Source: a virus
Virus record (IMG/VR): IMGVR_UViG_3300015245_000002
Span: 19,745 to 83,744 of that record
Reading direction: 5' to 3' (one strand)
Length of the DNA stretch: 64,000 nucleotides
The notes beneath the pieces are model-generated. The model was not told the DNA's origin. It saw only the letters and a program-made list of their open reading frames with translations, and searched no databases. Position 1 is the first letter of the stretch; each line of letters opens with the position of its first letter. The position numbers and the translations under genes were made by a program. Shown here one piece after another: positions 35,921-46,190 of this stretch.

Positions 35921-37769
35921 GATCGCCGCTGGGGCCAGGGAGGCGCTGGCGCGGAGACGTAGACTCGTCAGCGCCGATGCCGCCAGGGAATCGTTCGCCG
36001 AGTTTTGTCGGCAAGCTATTGTGGCTGGCGAGGTCGAAGGAATCACGCGCGTTGAATGGGGTAGGCATCTTGAACTTCATTGCTGGGAAGTTCAGATGCA
36101 GCTCGAGTCCTGGTTGGTGGCCAACGGCCACGGCACCGAGGAGATGGTGCAGCGCCAGCGCGGAGCATGGGAGCGAACCGGCGCGACCTGGGAGGATGGC
36201 GATTCGGATCCGTGGCTCCGTTACGTATTGGTGCAGAACGCGATCGACAATCTGCCGCCGGGCACTCTCAAGAGCACGATCGTCATGGTGCTGGCCTTGC
36301 CGTGGATCTGGCTGTGGTGCGCCACGTTCTCGATGGGCGCGCTATCCGGGATTGATGCCAACGTCGGCCGCGACTCGCGCGCCTGTCGCGAACTCGTGCG
36401 CAGTGCGTGGTATCGTGAGACGTTCGGGATCTCATGGACCGACTGCACCATCGACGATCCGCTCGATCCGGGCGATGCCCTCGATCTGACGATCAAACGA
36501 GACGCCGACGCCGTGGAGGCCTGGGCCACATCGGCTGGAGGTAAGCGTATCTCGCGAACCATCACCAGGGGGCTTACGGGCGCGCACGTTGACGGAATTT
36601 TCCTCGACGATCCAGACGATGCGGATCGCGTCTACAGCGAGCCCGACAGACTTCGTCCGCAGAACCGATGGGCCCGAGTTGTTGAAACGCGCGTCAACAG
36701 TGATCACAGTTCGATCCGCCGAGTCTTGCAGCAGGTTACCCATCCCGAAGGCTTCACGACCTACGTGCTATCGATCGCGCGATGGTCTCCGGCGCGCCCC
36801 AAGGGTTGGTCGTTGTTCTGTTTACCGGCCGAGTTCGGCTTCGGTCCCGATGATGCGCCGGCTGAGACGCCATACGGGACCCGGGACTGGCGCAGTCTCA
36901 AGGGGGAAACACTACATTCGCGACTATCGCCTGGCGTGCTCGCGGATCGCAAGCTCAAGATCCCAGGCTACGAGTACCAGTTCAATCAGCGGCGAGACAC
37001 ACTGACCGGCGGAGATTTCGAGCGTCGCTTCGCCAAGTTCTTTATTTTTGAAGGCGAGCGCATGCCGACCCGTGCGCGTCCGTTGATGTGCGTGACGCGG
37101 CTCGATTGTCCGCCGCTAATCGTCAAGCAATCATCACTCGATCGATGGACGCTGAGCGTTGACGCTGCGAACAGCATCGATCCGGATCCAAAAGGAAAAA
37201 CCAGCGCAGTCGGCCTGATCGTCGGCGCGACTCGAGCTGACGACAGGTTCATCGTTGATGATCGCACTCGAGTCCTCGGTGCGTCGGCGACCTATCTGGC
37301 GATCTACGAGGCCATCGTCGCCTGGCCGATCGCCTGCGTTTTGGTCGAGCTCAAGGCGATGGGCCCCAGCGTGATCGCCGAGATTAGGCTGACGATTCAG
37401 CGCGGCTGGTATATCCATCCAACATCGAGCGAGCGGATCGATCTGCTCGGCCCGGACGGGCGCCGTCCTCGCTGCGAGGTTGAGGCGTTCAAGCCTGGCA
37501 AGGACAGTAAGGAACAGCGTTGGCAGGGCATGCTTCCGGACTGGCAAGGCGGACGCATATACATGCACGACGGTGCGGACTGGCTGGATCCGACGGTAGA
37601 TGAGAACCGCCGGACGCTGGACGAGGGATTCGTCGGGGAAATTTCAGCCTTGCCGAAATCACGGCGTACAGATCGAGCTGATGCGACCGCGCAGTTTATC
37701 GCCAAGTACCGCGGACCGCCTGTGTCTCGCCCCTCCTACTCCGGCTGGGTCGTCCCGATAGCGCGCTGA
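35874..37769 (+). CDS. terL: Terminase large subunit
   Basis: NLPPGTLKST Walker A, IFLDDP Walker B, QFNQR, LSVDAA RNase-H acidic motif, VELKAMG, DRADATAQ; start uncertain (35874 or 35883). Confidence 0.92.
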   Translation: MCPMRTLYPPQTARTEIAAGAREALARRRRLVSADAARESFAEFCRQAIVAGEVEGITRVEWGRHLELHCWEVQMQLESWLVANGHGTEEMVQRQRGAWERTGATWEDGDSDPWLRYVLVQNAIDNLPPGTLKSTIVMVLALPWIWLWCATFSMGALSGIDANVGRDSRACRELVRSAWYRETFGISWTDCTIDDPLDPGDALDLTIKRDADAVEAWATSAGGKRISRTITRGLTGAHVDGIFLDDPDDADRVYSEPDRLRPQNRWARVVETRVNSDHSSIRRVLQQVTHPEGFTTYVLSIARWSPARPKGWSLFCLPAEFGFGPDDAPAETPYGTRDWRSLKGETLHSRLSPGVLADRKLKIPGYEYQFNQRRDTLTGGDFERRFAKFFIFEGERMPTRARPLMCVTRLDCPPLIVKQSSLDRWTLSVDAANSIDPDPKGKTSAVGLIVGATRADDRFIVDDRTRVLGASATYLAIYEAIVAWPIACVLVELKAMGPSVIAEIRLTIQRGWYIHPTSSERIDLLGPDGRRPRCEVEAFKPGKDSKEQRWQGMLPDWQGGRIYMHDGADWLDPTVDENRRTLDEGFVGEISALPKSRRTDRADATAQFIAKYRGPPVSRPSYSGWVVPIAR

Positions 37770-37771
37770 TT

Positions 37772-37801
37772 TCGCCCCATTGCACCTCGCGCGCCGACAC
37801 T
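37772..37801 (+). promoter_or_regulatory. Late promoter motif (portal)
   Basis: TCGCCCC-17-GACACT-6-GTG. Confidence 0.7.
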
Positions 37802-37807
37802 TCAGCG

Positions 37808-40252
37808 GTGAAGTGGCGATTTCCGTGGAGCCGCGAAGCGGCCGTTATCGATAAGGCCGCGGCTGCCGGCCCGGGGGGCTTCACGCCAACAGTGACTGTC
37901 CCGCCGCCCACGAAGCCAGCCGGCGCCGACGGCACGGCGATCATCGGCGGTTTCGTCGTCTCGGGCGAGCGCGATCCGAAGCTGACCTCGCTCAACAAGT
38001 GGGTGACCTACGACAACGCGACGCTCAACGTCGCGATCATCGGCTCAGCGATCAACGTTTGGACGCAGCTCGCGGGCTCGGCGACTTGGAGTGTCGAGCC
38101 GAACAAGCGCGGCGGCGCGGATGCGCAGCGGGCCGCGGATCTCGTGCAAGAGGGCTTGCTCGATGCGCAGCTCTCGGTGCCCTGGCGGCAGATCGTACGC
38201 CGCCAGATCATGAAAAAGTTCCGTGGTTTCGCGATGCACGAAATCGTGTTGCGGCGACGGAGCGACGACATGATCGTCGTCGGGGATATCCAGGACAGGC
38301 CGCAGTGGACAATATACCGCTGGAACAGGCCAGATCCGCAGGCTGAATGGGAGGGCGTCGAGCAGCTCACTCAGCAGGGTTACTCGAGTACGTACTACAT
38401 CCCGCGCGAGCGGCTGTTCTACAGCGTCGAGAATACGCTGTCGCCGAACCCGGAAGGCGTCGGACTCCTGCGGCAGATGGCCGAGAGCGTGCGCGTGCTG
38501 GAGATCTACCAGCGGCTCGAGGGTGTCGGTTTTCAGACCGAGCTCGGTGGGGTGCCGATCGCCAGGGCGCCGTTATCGAAGATCGCTCAGGATCTCGGCA
38601 CACAGGGCAAGTCAGATCTGGAGATTCAGGTCGCTGTCAGGGAGAAGGTCTCGATGCTCGAGGCATTCCTGCGTAGCCACAACCGGAACCCCGAGTCTGG
38701 CCTGATGCTCGACAGCGCGACCTACACGAACCGGGACGCGTCGCTCACCCCGAGCTCGATCTACGAGTGGGCCTTCGATCTGATCAAGTCCTCGGGTGGA
38801 GACATGGGCTCGATCGGTACGGCGATCGGACGTGTCACCCGCGACATCGCCCGGGTCATGTGCGCGGAGTGGCTACTCCTCGGCGGCGAGGATAGCGGCG
38901 GCGCGTACTCGATGCACGCGGACAAGACGGCCATGTTTGGCCTCGTCGTGAACTCCGCGCTAAACGACGTGGCCGACGACGCTCGCCGGGACATCGCGAC
39001 GCGGCTCGTGGCGCTCAACGGCCTGGATCCGGAGCTCTGCACGCCGCGTCTGGTCGCTGCGCCCGTCGCCACGGGTGCGGTCAAGGACGCATGCGCAGCT
39101 CTCGCTGCGCTGTTCCAGGCCGGGCTCAATCCGACCGATCCAGCCATCAACGTGCTGCGCAGTCGGATGGATCTGCCGCCGGCGCCCTCGATCGACGAGA
39201 CGGATCTACTCCTGCCCCGCGGCACGGAGATCGAGCGTCTTGGAGCCGATGGGCGGATCGAGGCGGTCGAGGCCGCGACGGGGCAGCCTGTCGGCCCTGG
39301 GGCCGCACCGACCGACGCCGCACCAGGCAAGCCTGGGAACGCGAACGCGCGATCCGTGGGGAAATACGCGCCCGATCAGTCAAGGGATGAGCATGGGCAA
39401 TGGTCCAGCGGAGGTGGCGGTGGCGGTGGCGGGGCGTGGACGCGCGCCTTTGACTCTCGCGATCACATGCGAGAGATCGAGATTCACCGATCTACCGAAT
39501 CCGAGCACCGGGCCGCGGCCAGTGATCTAAAATCAAAGATCGGCGAGCTCCGAAGTCAATCGAAAGACGCAACGCCGGGCCGGGCCGCGCAAATCGATCG
39601 TCGTATCGGTCGACTGCAGGCGCAGCACGACGAGCATGTCGGGATCGCGCATGACGCCGCATCCGCGCGGCGTGCCACGCAGGCAGATCTCGCGGGTCGC
39701 CGCGCCTCGCATGCTCAGGGCTTACGCGATCAGGCCGATGCCCGTCGCGAGGCAGATGCGCATCAGGTACAAGACGAGCGAGACGCGATCGGCAGAGTCG
39801 GCGGTATGCGGATCGGCGGTGAAGGCGATCACGGCGCCGAGGGCGAGAGCAGCAGCCCCGTTCCGCACTACTCGGATACGCCCGATCACCACATGGGGAT
39901 CGGTACAGGTGAACGGATCGCTGGCGAGCCTGTCGTGGCGCCAGTGGTGCCCCAACGGGGACTGACCTCGGAGGACTGGGCGGAGCGTGGCCGTGCGAGC
40001 CACGCCGAGTGGGCCGCGGCGCAGGATCATCAACGACTGCAAGCCGAGACCGCGGCGCGCCAAACGGCCCGCGCCAACGATGAATACAAGCAACGGGAGC
40101 AAGGCGCCCGTGATCTGCCAGTAGCCAGCGCCAGGCCCAGTCTCGGGCAACGGCTACGCGGGATGCTGGGCAGCAAGAAGGCATCGGCCACTGCGGTCGA
40201 CTTGCTCGAGCTTGAGGCGATGCTCGATGAGCACGAGGAGCCGACGAAGTGA
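37808..40252 (+). CDS. Portal protein (DUF935/Mu gp29-like) with long C-terminal extension
   Basis: GFAMHEIV, NPEGVGLLR, GVPIA, IAR...AE.LLLG...G.Y, LV.LNG motifs in first ~460 aa; follows terL. Confidence 0.9.
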   Translation: MKWRFPWSREAAVIDKAAAAGPGGFTPTVTVPPPTKPAGADGTAIIGGFVVSGERDPKLTSLNKWVTYDNATLNVAIIGSAINVWTQLAGSATWSVEPNKRGGADAQRAADLVQEGLLDAQLSVPWRQIVRRQIMKKFRGFAMHEIVLRRRSDDMIVVGDIQDRPQWTIYRWNRPDPQAEWEGVEQLTQQGYSSTYYIPRERLFYSVENTLSPNPEGVGLLRQMAESVRVLEIYQRLEGVGFQTELGGVPIARAPLSKIAQDLGTQGKSDLEIQVAVREKVSMLEAFLRSHNRNPESGLMLDSATYTNRDASLTPSSIYEWAFDLIKSSGGDMGSIGTAIGRVTRDIARVMCAEWLLLGGEDSGGAYSMHADKTAMFGLVVNSALNDVADDARRDIATRLVALNGLDPELCTPRLVAAPVATGAVKDACAALAALFQAGLNPTDPAINVLRSRMDLPPAPSIDETDLLLPRGTEIERLGADGRIEAVEAATGQPVGPGAAPTDAAPGKPGNANARSVGKYAPDQSRDEHGQWSSGGGGGGGGAWTRAFDSRDHMREIEIHRSTESEHRAAASDLKSKIGELRSQSKDATPGRAAQIDRRIGRLQAQHDEHVGIAHDAASARRATQADLAGRRASHAQGLRDQADARREADAHQVQDERDAIGRVGGMRIGGEGDHGAEGESSSPVPHYSDTPDHHMGIGTGERIAGEPVVAPVVPQRGLTSEDWAERGRASHAEWAAAQDHQRLQAETAARQTARANDEYKQREQGARDLPVASARPSLGQRLRGMLGSKKASATAVDLLELEAMLDEHEEPTK

Positions 40253-40890
40253 CCATCTTCACCCAAACCATCGGCTCGAACTCCTACGAGGTCTACGGGG
40301 GACTCACCGCTGCACTGGCGTACCTGACCGCAGCGGCGGATGATGGTGCGGTAGCGTTCATCGGGCTCGATGCAGACAACCAGGTCAGGCGTCTGGTCGG
40401 CGCGACCCGCTACATCGACTCGATGTCGTGGGTGGGCGCCCCGACGGGGCTCGCAGGTGCCACGCCGACCACGCTGCAGTTTCCGCGCACCGGACTCACC
40501 AACGGACTCATGCAGCCGGTGGATAGCACCACGGTGCCGCTGGTCGTGGTCGAGGCAGCGTTCGAAATGGCTGCGATCCTCTCAGGGGACTCGAGCGCAG
40601 CGGCGAACGTCGACACCGGAAGCAACGTGCAGAGCCTTGGTGCCGGCCCGGCGAACCTGTCGTTTTTTAGGCCGCAGTCCGTGGCCGACGGCAACGCGAC
40701 CCGGCTACCGACTGTGGTGGACCGGCTCATCGGCAGGTGGCTGGCCTCGAGCGGCAGCACGGTGGTTGCGGGGATCGCTACGGGCGTGGATGGACGCAGC
40801 GACTTCAGAGAGGCGGCGTGCGGCAGGTGTGGGGCCACGAGCGGGTGCCGCTGCGTGAGGGGTGTGCGGGATGTTAAGTGGCCGGTGTAG
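40249..40890 (+). CDS. Head-tail adaptor (DnaT-like family)
   Basis: LV.ATRYID...W.G, LQFPRTG, VP..V..A..E.A signature. Confidence 0.8.
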   Translation: MTIFTQTIGSNSYEVYGGLTAALAYLTAAADDGAVAFIGLDADNQVRRLVGATRYIDSMSWVGAPTGLAGATPTTLQFPRTGLTNGLMQPVDSTTVPLVVVEAAFEMAAILSGDSSAAANVDTGSNVQSLGAGPANLSFFRPQSVADGNATRLPTVVDRLIGRWLASSGSTVVAGIATGVDGRSDFREAACGRCGATSGCRCVRGVRDVKWPV

Positions 40891-40944
40891 ATTGTCGCTG
40901 ACGTGATCTCGCCCCATCCCGTCACCCGCCGCGATGCTGTCCTC

Positions 40945-41322
40945 GTGGCTCTCAACATCGCCAAAACGATCGCCTCGGCCCTTTCCAAGGCTGGCAAGCC
41001 GTTGGGCGTGAAGTCCTGCACGCTGCTCAAGTCGAGCCCCGGCACCCGCGCTCCAGGCGCCACTGCCAGCGGCACAAATCCGACCGTGACGAGTTACGCG
41101 GCCGTCGGCATGGTCACGGCTTATGCGACCGAGATTTTGCCCGACTCCACGATCGCGGTGAAGAAGCGCTCCGTGCTGTTGCTTGGCGCGACCATCGTGG
41201 GCGGTGCTATGCCGGCTCCAGGCGACCGCATCGTCATCGGTGGCGAGACGCTGACCATCGATCCGGGTGGCGCCAAGGCGGATCCGGTCCAAGCCACTTG
41301 GCAATGCGAGACCACGCTGTGA
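40945..41322 (+). CDS. Head closure / head-to-tail stopper protein
   Basis: P.PGDRIVIGG, DP..ATW.C; start set by late promoter TCGCCCC(40909)-17-GATGCT-6-GTG. Confidence 0.72.
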   Translation: MALNIAKTIASALSKAGKPLGVKSCTLLKSSPGTRAPGATASGTNPTVTSYAAVGMVTAYATEILPDSTIAVKKRSVLLLGATIVGGAMPAPGDRIVIGGETLTIDPGGAKADPVQATWQCETTL

Positions 41323-41323
41323 C

Positions 41324-42304
41324 ATGCGGACCGCCGCCGACGCTCAATCCCTGATCGGCAACACCGCCGCTGCGGTCAAGCATGCCTGGATCGCGCTCGT
41401 GGTTCGGCTGCGGGCCGCGAACCCGCCGGACGCGCTCCAGCACCGGCTGCATGCCATGGAGCCGGTGCTCGGCACTGATCCAGCGGCTCGCGCCCTGGCC
41501 GCTGCGTATACTTCGCAGTTCGTGGCCACGGGCGCCGCGGTCGCGGCAGATGCGACGCAGCAGTCGGCCGCTTCGGTCCGCAAGGACGTCGGCTCACCCG
41601 CCGACGTGATCGGGTTCGATCCAATCGCCCAAGGCGTGTTGACTTGGGCCGAGCGTAACCGGCTCGATCTGATCCGGGGCATCACATCCGAGCAGCGGAT
41701 CATGATCCGTTTCGCGCTCAGCGAGGCGCAGTCCAGCGGCGAGAGTCCGCTGACCACGGCACGGGTGATCCAGGAGTCGATCGGACTGAGCGAGCAGCAA
41801 CTCGAGTGGGTGCAGAGCTTCGAGCGATCCCTGCGCGCCGGTCAGCTCTCCGCAGCCGCGGATCGCGCTCTGGTCGATGGCCGCACCGCGCGCATGCTGC
41901 GGACCGCGGACGAGCTCGCGCCCGCGCAGATCGATCGCGCTGTCTCCAGGTACCGCGACAAGATGATCACGTTCCGTGCTCAGACCATCGCTAGAACCGA
42001 GGCCTCGCGCATCGTGGGTCAGGGTACAACCGAGATGTACGATCAGGCGATCGAGCGCGGAGACTTAGTCGCGACGCAGCTCGAATGCACGTGGAATCAC
42101 AGCCCGACGGCCAAGGATCACAGCCACGATCGCGACTTCCATGTTTCGATGCACAAGCAGACTCGCGCATGGGGTGAGCCGTTCGTCTCGGGCCTCGGCA
42201 ACGAACTCATGTATCCGTGCGATCCAGACGCGGAGCCGAAGGAGACCGTGAACTGTCGTTGTGCGCGTACGGTACGACTGAGACCGAGGCGCAGTTTGGT
42301 GTAA
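41324..42304 (+). CDS. MuF-like minor head (head morphogenesis) protein
   Basis: RAQTIARTE, R..H...H, F....G..LMYP.DP......VNCRC. Confidence 0.9.
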   Translation: MRTAADAQSLIGNTAAAVKHAWIALVVRLRAANPPDALQHRLHAMEPVLGTDPAARALAAAYTSQFVATGAAVAADATQQSAASVRKDVGSPADVIGFDPIAQGVLTWAERNRLDLIRGITSEQRIMIRFALSEAQSSGESPLTTARVIQESIGLSEQQLEWVQSFERSLRAGQLSAAADRALVDGRTARMLRTADELAPAQIDRAVSRYRDKMITFRAQTIARTEASRIVGQGTTEMYDQAIERGDLVATQLECTWNHSPTAKDHSHDRDFHVSMHKQTRAWGEPFVSGLGNELMYPCDPDAEPKETVNCRCARTVRLRPRRSLV

Positions 42305-42340
42305 TCGCCCCCAGGTGCCAGCGGGCACGAAGCTTGCTGT

Positions 42341-44362
42341 ATGCCCGCAGCGCCATACTACAGGCTTCGAATCAAGAGCCTGAAATTCATTTCTGCCGTC
42401 GATGCAGGCGCGCAGGGACCCATCGCAAATGTGGCGCTGATCAAGCGCGCGCCGACCGGGGATGACGTCGATGCGACTTGTCGGGTCGTCAAGGTCGACG
42501 AGAAAATGGGCCTTGTCTTCGGGTGGGCCCTGGCCACATCGCTTGACGGCGGCGAGACGCCACATGTCGATCTCCAGCAGGACGCAATCGTCGGTGACGA
42601 CGAGCTGATCAAGATCGCCGCGGAGTTCATGGAGGCTTCTGCGGCGTCGGACGTGATGCACGATGACAGCCCCGACGGGAAGATCGTGTTCTGTATCCCG
42701 CTCACCAAGGCGGTGACCGACGCTCTTGGCATCGCGTCCAAGGTCCACGGCCTGGCGATCGGCATGCGACCGTCGCCGGAGACGTTTGCGCGGTTCGTGA
42801 GCAAGGAGCTCAACGCGTTTTCCATTGCCGGCATCGGCGAGCGAGAGCTCGTTGCGAAGACTGACGTGCCGGCGTGCTCGAGCTGCGGCAAGTACGGCAA
42901 GGCAGACGACGAGACTTGCAAGGATTGCGGCAAGGCGATGAAGGCTGCGACCACCAAGTCTGTCCTCTCCACCGCGGACAAGGACTCGCTGCCAGACAGC
43001 GCGTTTCTGTTCGTCGAGAGCGGTGGCACCAAGGAAGGCGGCAAGACGACCCCGCTCTCGTTGCGGCACTTCCCGTATCGCGACAGCGCCGGGAAACTGG
43101 ATATCGTGCACTTGCGCGCGGCGTGCAGCGATATCCCGAAGTCTTCGTTGCCCAAGGATGTTCGCGACAAGCTCCAGGTCAGGGCCGAGAAGTTGCTCGG
43201 ACAGCAACACATGGCGGCGAAGCGCGCCGCCGTTTCGGTCCCTGGCCAGGTCGCCAAGGGTACCGTCCTGACCAGCGCCGTCGACGGCCATGCGCACTCG
43301 ATCGTGCTCACGGATCCGGCTGACAAATGGCGCTGCGGCGCATGGTCCACGAGCTATCAGGCCAGCGAGGGCTCGGACATGACCCACAACCATGCGCTGA
43401 CCTACGACGAAGCGACCGGAGTCATCACCGTTGGTGAGGACAGCGGCCACACGCATACGGTCGACGCGATCGTGCCGATTGGACTTCGGGCCGCGGCGGT
43501 CTCCGACGAGTCGAGTGATGGCGTCTGCGCGGCGCCACCTGTCGACGATGATGATGGGTCCGGGCCGACGATCGTTATCGTCTCAGCGCGAGCCCCTGAA
43601 GGTATTTCGCCCCCCTCAACCCAAGCACGTAGCGTGAAGAGTAAGGACAAGGAGCCCACTGTAATGGCCGACCACAACGATGTGATTCGCGCTCTCCAAA
43701 CGGAGAACGCACTGCTCAAGAGCATGGCCACGCTGACCGACGCGCAGCGGGCCCACCACGACAAGCTGATTTCCAAGGGCGTCAAGAGCGATGCCGATGC
43801 ATTCCTGTCGCTCACCTCGACGCAGCGGAATGTGGTTCTCGGCGAGATCGCCAAGGCCAACACCGAGGTCTACACCTCCAAGAGCACCGGGCGCGTCTAC
43901 CGCAACGATGACGCCATCGAGATTATCGAGGCGGCCCGTCAGACCGATGCGATGGCCGAGACCATGAAGCGTCTCGACACCGAGCGTACCGAGTTGGACT
44001 TCTCCAAGCGCGGAGCGGTCGCCTTCGCAAATTTCGCGAAGGGCGTGAAGGGCAACCTACACGGCCGATTCATGAAGGCGCTGGCTGGTGAGTTCACTGA
44101 TCCGGCCGAATTCGCCGAGGCCGAGCGTGCATTCAAGCAGGCCAATGTGGCACTCGCCGAACTCACCAAGGTCCGTGGCTACACGCCGAGCGAAGAGGAG
44201 TCTGGCGCGAACGTGGCGCAGAAGAAACTGCACGTCGCCGTCGACGAATTCGCCAAGGCACACAAGCTTTCCTACCCAGTTGCCCTCGAGCGCGCGACTG
44301 CGCCCGGCGGTGACGATGAGATCCGTCGCCTCTACAACGACGCGATGGCCGAGCAGAACTGA
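42341..44362 (+). CDS. XkdF-like capsid maturation protease fused to scaffold
   Basis: ISAVD.GAQ, KVDE..GLVFGWA, D.Q.D, MH, FSI.G; helical C-terminal scaffold region. Confidence 0.85.
   Translation: MPAAPYYRLRIKSLKFISAVDAGAQGPIANVALIKRAPTGDDVDATCRVVKVDEKMGLVFGWALATSLDGGETPHVDLQQDAIVGDDELIKIAAEFMEASAASDVMHDDSPDGKIVFCIPLTKAVTDALGIASKVHGLAIGMRPSPETFARFVSKELNAFSIAGIGERELVAKTDVPACSSCGKYGKADDETCKDCGKAMKAATTKSVLSTADKDSLPDSAFLFVESGGTKEGGKTTPLSLRHFPYRDSAGKLDIVHLRAACSDIPKSSLPKDVRDKLQVRAEKLLGQQHMAAKRAAVSVPGQVAKGTVLTSAVDGHAHSIVLTDPADKWRCGAWSTSYQASEGSDMTHNHALTYDEATGVITVGEDSGHTHTVDAIVPIGLRAAAVSDESSDGVCAAPPVDDDDGSGPTIVIVSARAPEGISPPSTQARSVKSKDKEPTVMADHNDVIRALQTENALLKSMATLTDAQRAHHDKLISKGVKSDADAFLSLTSTQRNVVLGEIAKANTEVYTSKSTGRVYRNDDAIEIIEAARQTDAMAETMKRLDTERTELDFSKRGAVAFANFAKGVKGNLHGRFMKALAGEFTDPAEFAEAERAFKQANVALAELTKVRGYTPSEEESGANVAQKKLHVAVDEFAKAHKLSYPVALERATAPGGDDEIRRLYNDAMAEQN
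43664..44362 (+). CDS. Nested in-frame scaffold protein
   Basis: Internal TCGCCCC (43607)-16-TAGCGT promoter, AAGGAG RBS 43649-43654, in-frame ATG 43664. Confidence 0.6.
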   Translation: MADHNDVIRALQTENALLKSMATLTDAQRAHHDKLISKGVKSDADAFLSLTSTQRNVVLGEIAKANTEVYTSKSTGRVYRNDDAIEIIEAARQTDAMAETMKRLDTERTELDFSKRGAVAFANFAKGVKGNLHGRFMKALAGEFTDPAEFAEAERAFKQANVALAELTKVRGYTPSEEESGANVAQKKLHVAVDEFAKAHKLSYPVALERATAPGGDDEIRRLYNDAMAEQN

Positions 44363-44374
44363 GGAGCGAGGAAC

Positions 44375-45079
44375 ATGGCATTCGATTGCTCAAATCCATT
44401 TTCACTGCCGGCTGGCGTCGATCTGAGTTCGTCGCAGTACTGCGCGGTCACCACCGACTCGTCTGGCAACCTCGCGCTACCCAGCGCCGGCGGCATGGCG
44501 CTCGGCATCCTCTACACTGCGCCGATCATCACCAAGGCCGGTGAGGTCTACGGGCCCGGCTCCGGCATTCGCAAGGCCAAGTACGGCGGCACGGTCACCC
44601 TGCCCGCGGCGCTCAAGCTCGATTCGTCGGGCCGGTTTGTCACGGCATCGGCGACGGATATCGCAACTGGATCCGCAGTCGCGATCGCGATCGACGCAGG
44701 TGCGATCAACGAGATTCACAGCGTCATCTTCTTTGGTGGCGCCTCTCCGGTGGCCCTTGGCGTCGGTTTCGACGACATCGTGCTCGGTACGACTGCGCCC
44801 AGCGCGCTGACCCAGGTTACCTTTGCGCAGGTCACCGGAACCAAGACGGGCGTCCTCGCGTCCGGTGCATTCACGGGGCAGCTGAAGCGGATCGTCCAGT
44901 CCGTTGCCGCGTCAACTCCGGTCGGCACGATCACCGGCGCGTTCAAAACGCTGGCCGGTGCGGCGGCAACCACGCTCACGCTCGGTACCGCCGTCGCGAC
45001 AATCGCAGATTTCGTCTGGGACGGGGCTGCATGGCGCGCGACGAGCGCAATCACCGGCACCAGCTCGTCTCTCGCCTGA
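44375..45079 (+). CDS. Capsid decoration/cement protein with extra C-terminal domain
   Basis: AG.DLS..QY..V, GIL...P, G.V......L..DS.GR.V; between scaffold and capsid. Confidence 0.75.
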   Translation: MAFDCSNPFSLPAGVDLSSSQYCAVTTDSSGNLALPSAGGMALGILYTAPIITKAGEVYGPGSGIRKAKYGGTVTLPAALKLDSSGRFVTASATDIATGSAVAIAIDAGAINEIHSVIFFGGASPVALGVGFDDIVLGTTAPSALTQVTFAQVTGTKTGVLASGAFTGQLKRIVQSVAASTPVGTITGAFKTLAGAAATTLTLGTAVATIADFVWDGAAWRATSAITGTSSSLA

Positions 45080-45115
45080 TCACCCTCTGAACAAAGACGC
45101 AGGAGCACCAGTATC

Positions 45116-46183
45116 ATGTCGATCGACTTCGCTCACCGAAACCCCGCGGGCCGCATGGATCGGTTCGCGAAGAACAGCCCGGACCCGTCCACCGTGTACG
45201 TGGTTCCGGCGCTCACGACCATGTCAGTTGGCTTCATGTTGAAGCCGCAAACCATGGTCTCCAACCGGCTTTGCCCCTCGGTGCCGGTGACGATCCAGCA
45301 GGGCAAATACGCCAACTACCCCCGTGGCTTTTTCTTTCGCGACGACATGCAGAAGCGTGCCGATGGCGCCGAGAGCGCCGGCGGCGGCTTCAATGTCGAC
45401 TGGTCGAACGGCTACAACGCCGATGTCTGGGCGTACCACACCGATCTCGGCCCCCAGGCGCGCGCGAACTCGACGCAGGTCGATCTGGATCGCTCGGCAA
45501 CGATGCTGGTCAGCAACAAGGCGTTGCTCAAGCGGGAAGTGCTGTTCCTGTCCACGTTCTTCAAGACTAGCGTGTGGACCACGCAGGTCGTCGGCGCGAC
45601 GTCCGGCGGCGGCGGCGTCGCTGGCGTTAACTTGACCTGGAAGGACGACAGCGCGAAGCCGATCAAGCAGATCAAGGCTGCGGTTCGGTCGCAGCAAGTC
45701 GCGGCCTCCGGCTACAAGCCGAACAAGGCGACGTTCTCGCCTGACCTCTGGGATCTGTTCTGCGAGCATCCGAACGTGACGAACCGGGTGAACGCCGGCC
45801 AGACCCCCGGGGGGCCGGCCGAGGTCACCACGCAGATGGCGGCTGGCTGGCTCGGACTTGACGAGGTCCTCGTGGCCGAGTCGGTGCGCACGACCAGCGC
45901 AGAGAACAGCAGCAACACCGGAGTCGGTGATGCGTTCAACTATATCGCTCCGGCCGGCCAATTGATGCTGACCTACACCCCGCCGGCGCCTGCGATGCTC
46001 GAGCCCAGCGCGTTCTACTTCTTCGACTGGGTTGCTGACGGCATGGTCGGCTCGTACGGCAACGCGGTGAGCCGCTGGTTCAACCAGGATCGCAAGGCGT
46101 TCCGTTACGAGATCGAGATGGCGACGGACTGTCACCTGATCTCGGCCGATCTCGGCACGATGATGAGCAACCTGAACGCCTGA
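45116..46183 (+). CDS. Major capsid protein (HK97 fold, lambda gpE-like)
   Basis: LT..SV.F, P.VPV....KY..Y, W.DD...PI..I, KPN......W......HP, EPSA.Y.F.W; 355 aa. Confidence 0.88.
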   Translation: MSIDFAHRNPAGRMDRFAKNSPDPSTVYVVPALTTMSVGFMLKPQTMVSNRLCPSVPVTIQQGKYANYPRGFFFRDDMQKRADGAESAGGGFNVDWSNGYNADVWAYHTDLGPQARANSTQVDLDRSATMLVSNKALLKREVLFLSTFFKTSVWTTQVVGATSGGGGVAGVNLTWKDDSAKPIKQIKAAVRSQQVAASGYKPNKATFSPDLWDLFCEHPNVTNRVNAGQTPGGPAEVTTQMAAGWLGLDEVLVAESVRTTSAENSSNTGVGDAFNYIAPAGQLMLTYTPPAPAMLEPSAFYFFDWVADGMVGSYGNAVSRWFNQDRKAFRYEIEMATDCHLISADLGTMMSNLNA

Positions 46184-46190
46184 GGATTTC

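Noticed and set aside
40249-42304. Adaptor and closure genes placed before MuF and capsid
   Set aside because: Order differs from lambda but such rearrangements are common among siphoviruses; no further signal.
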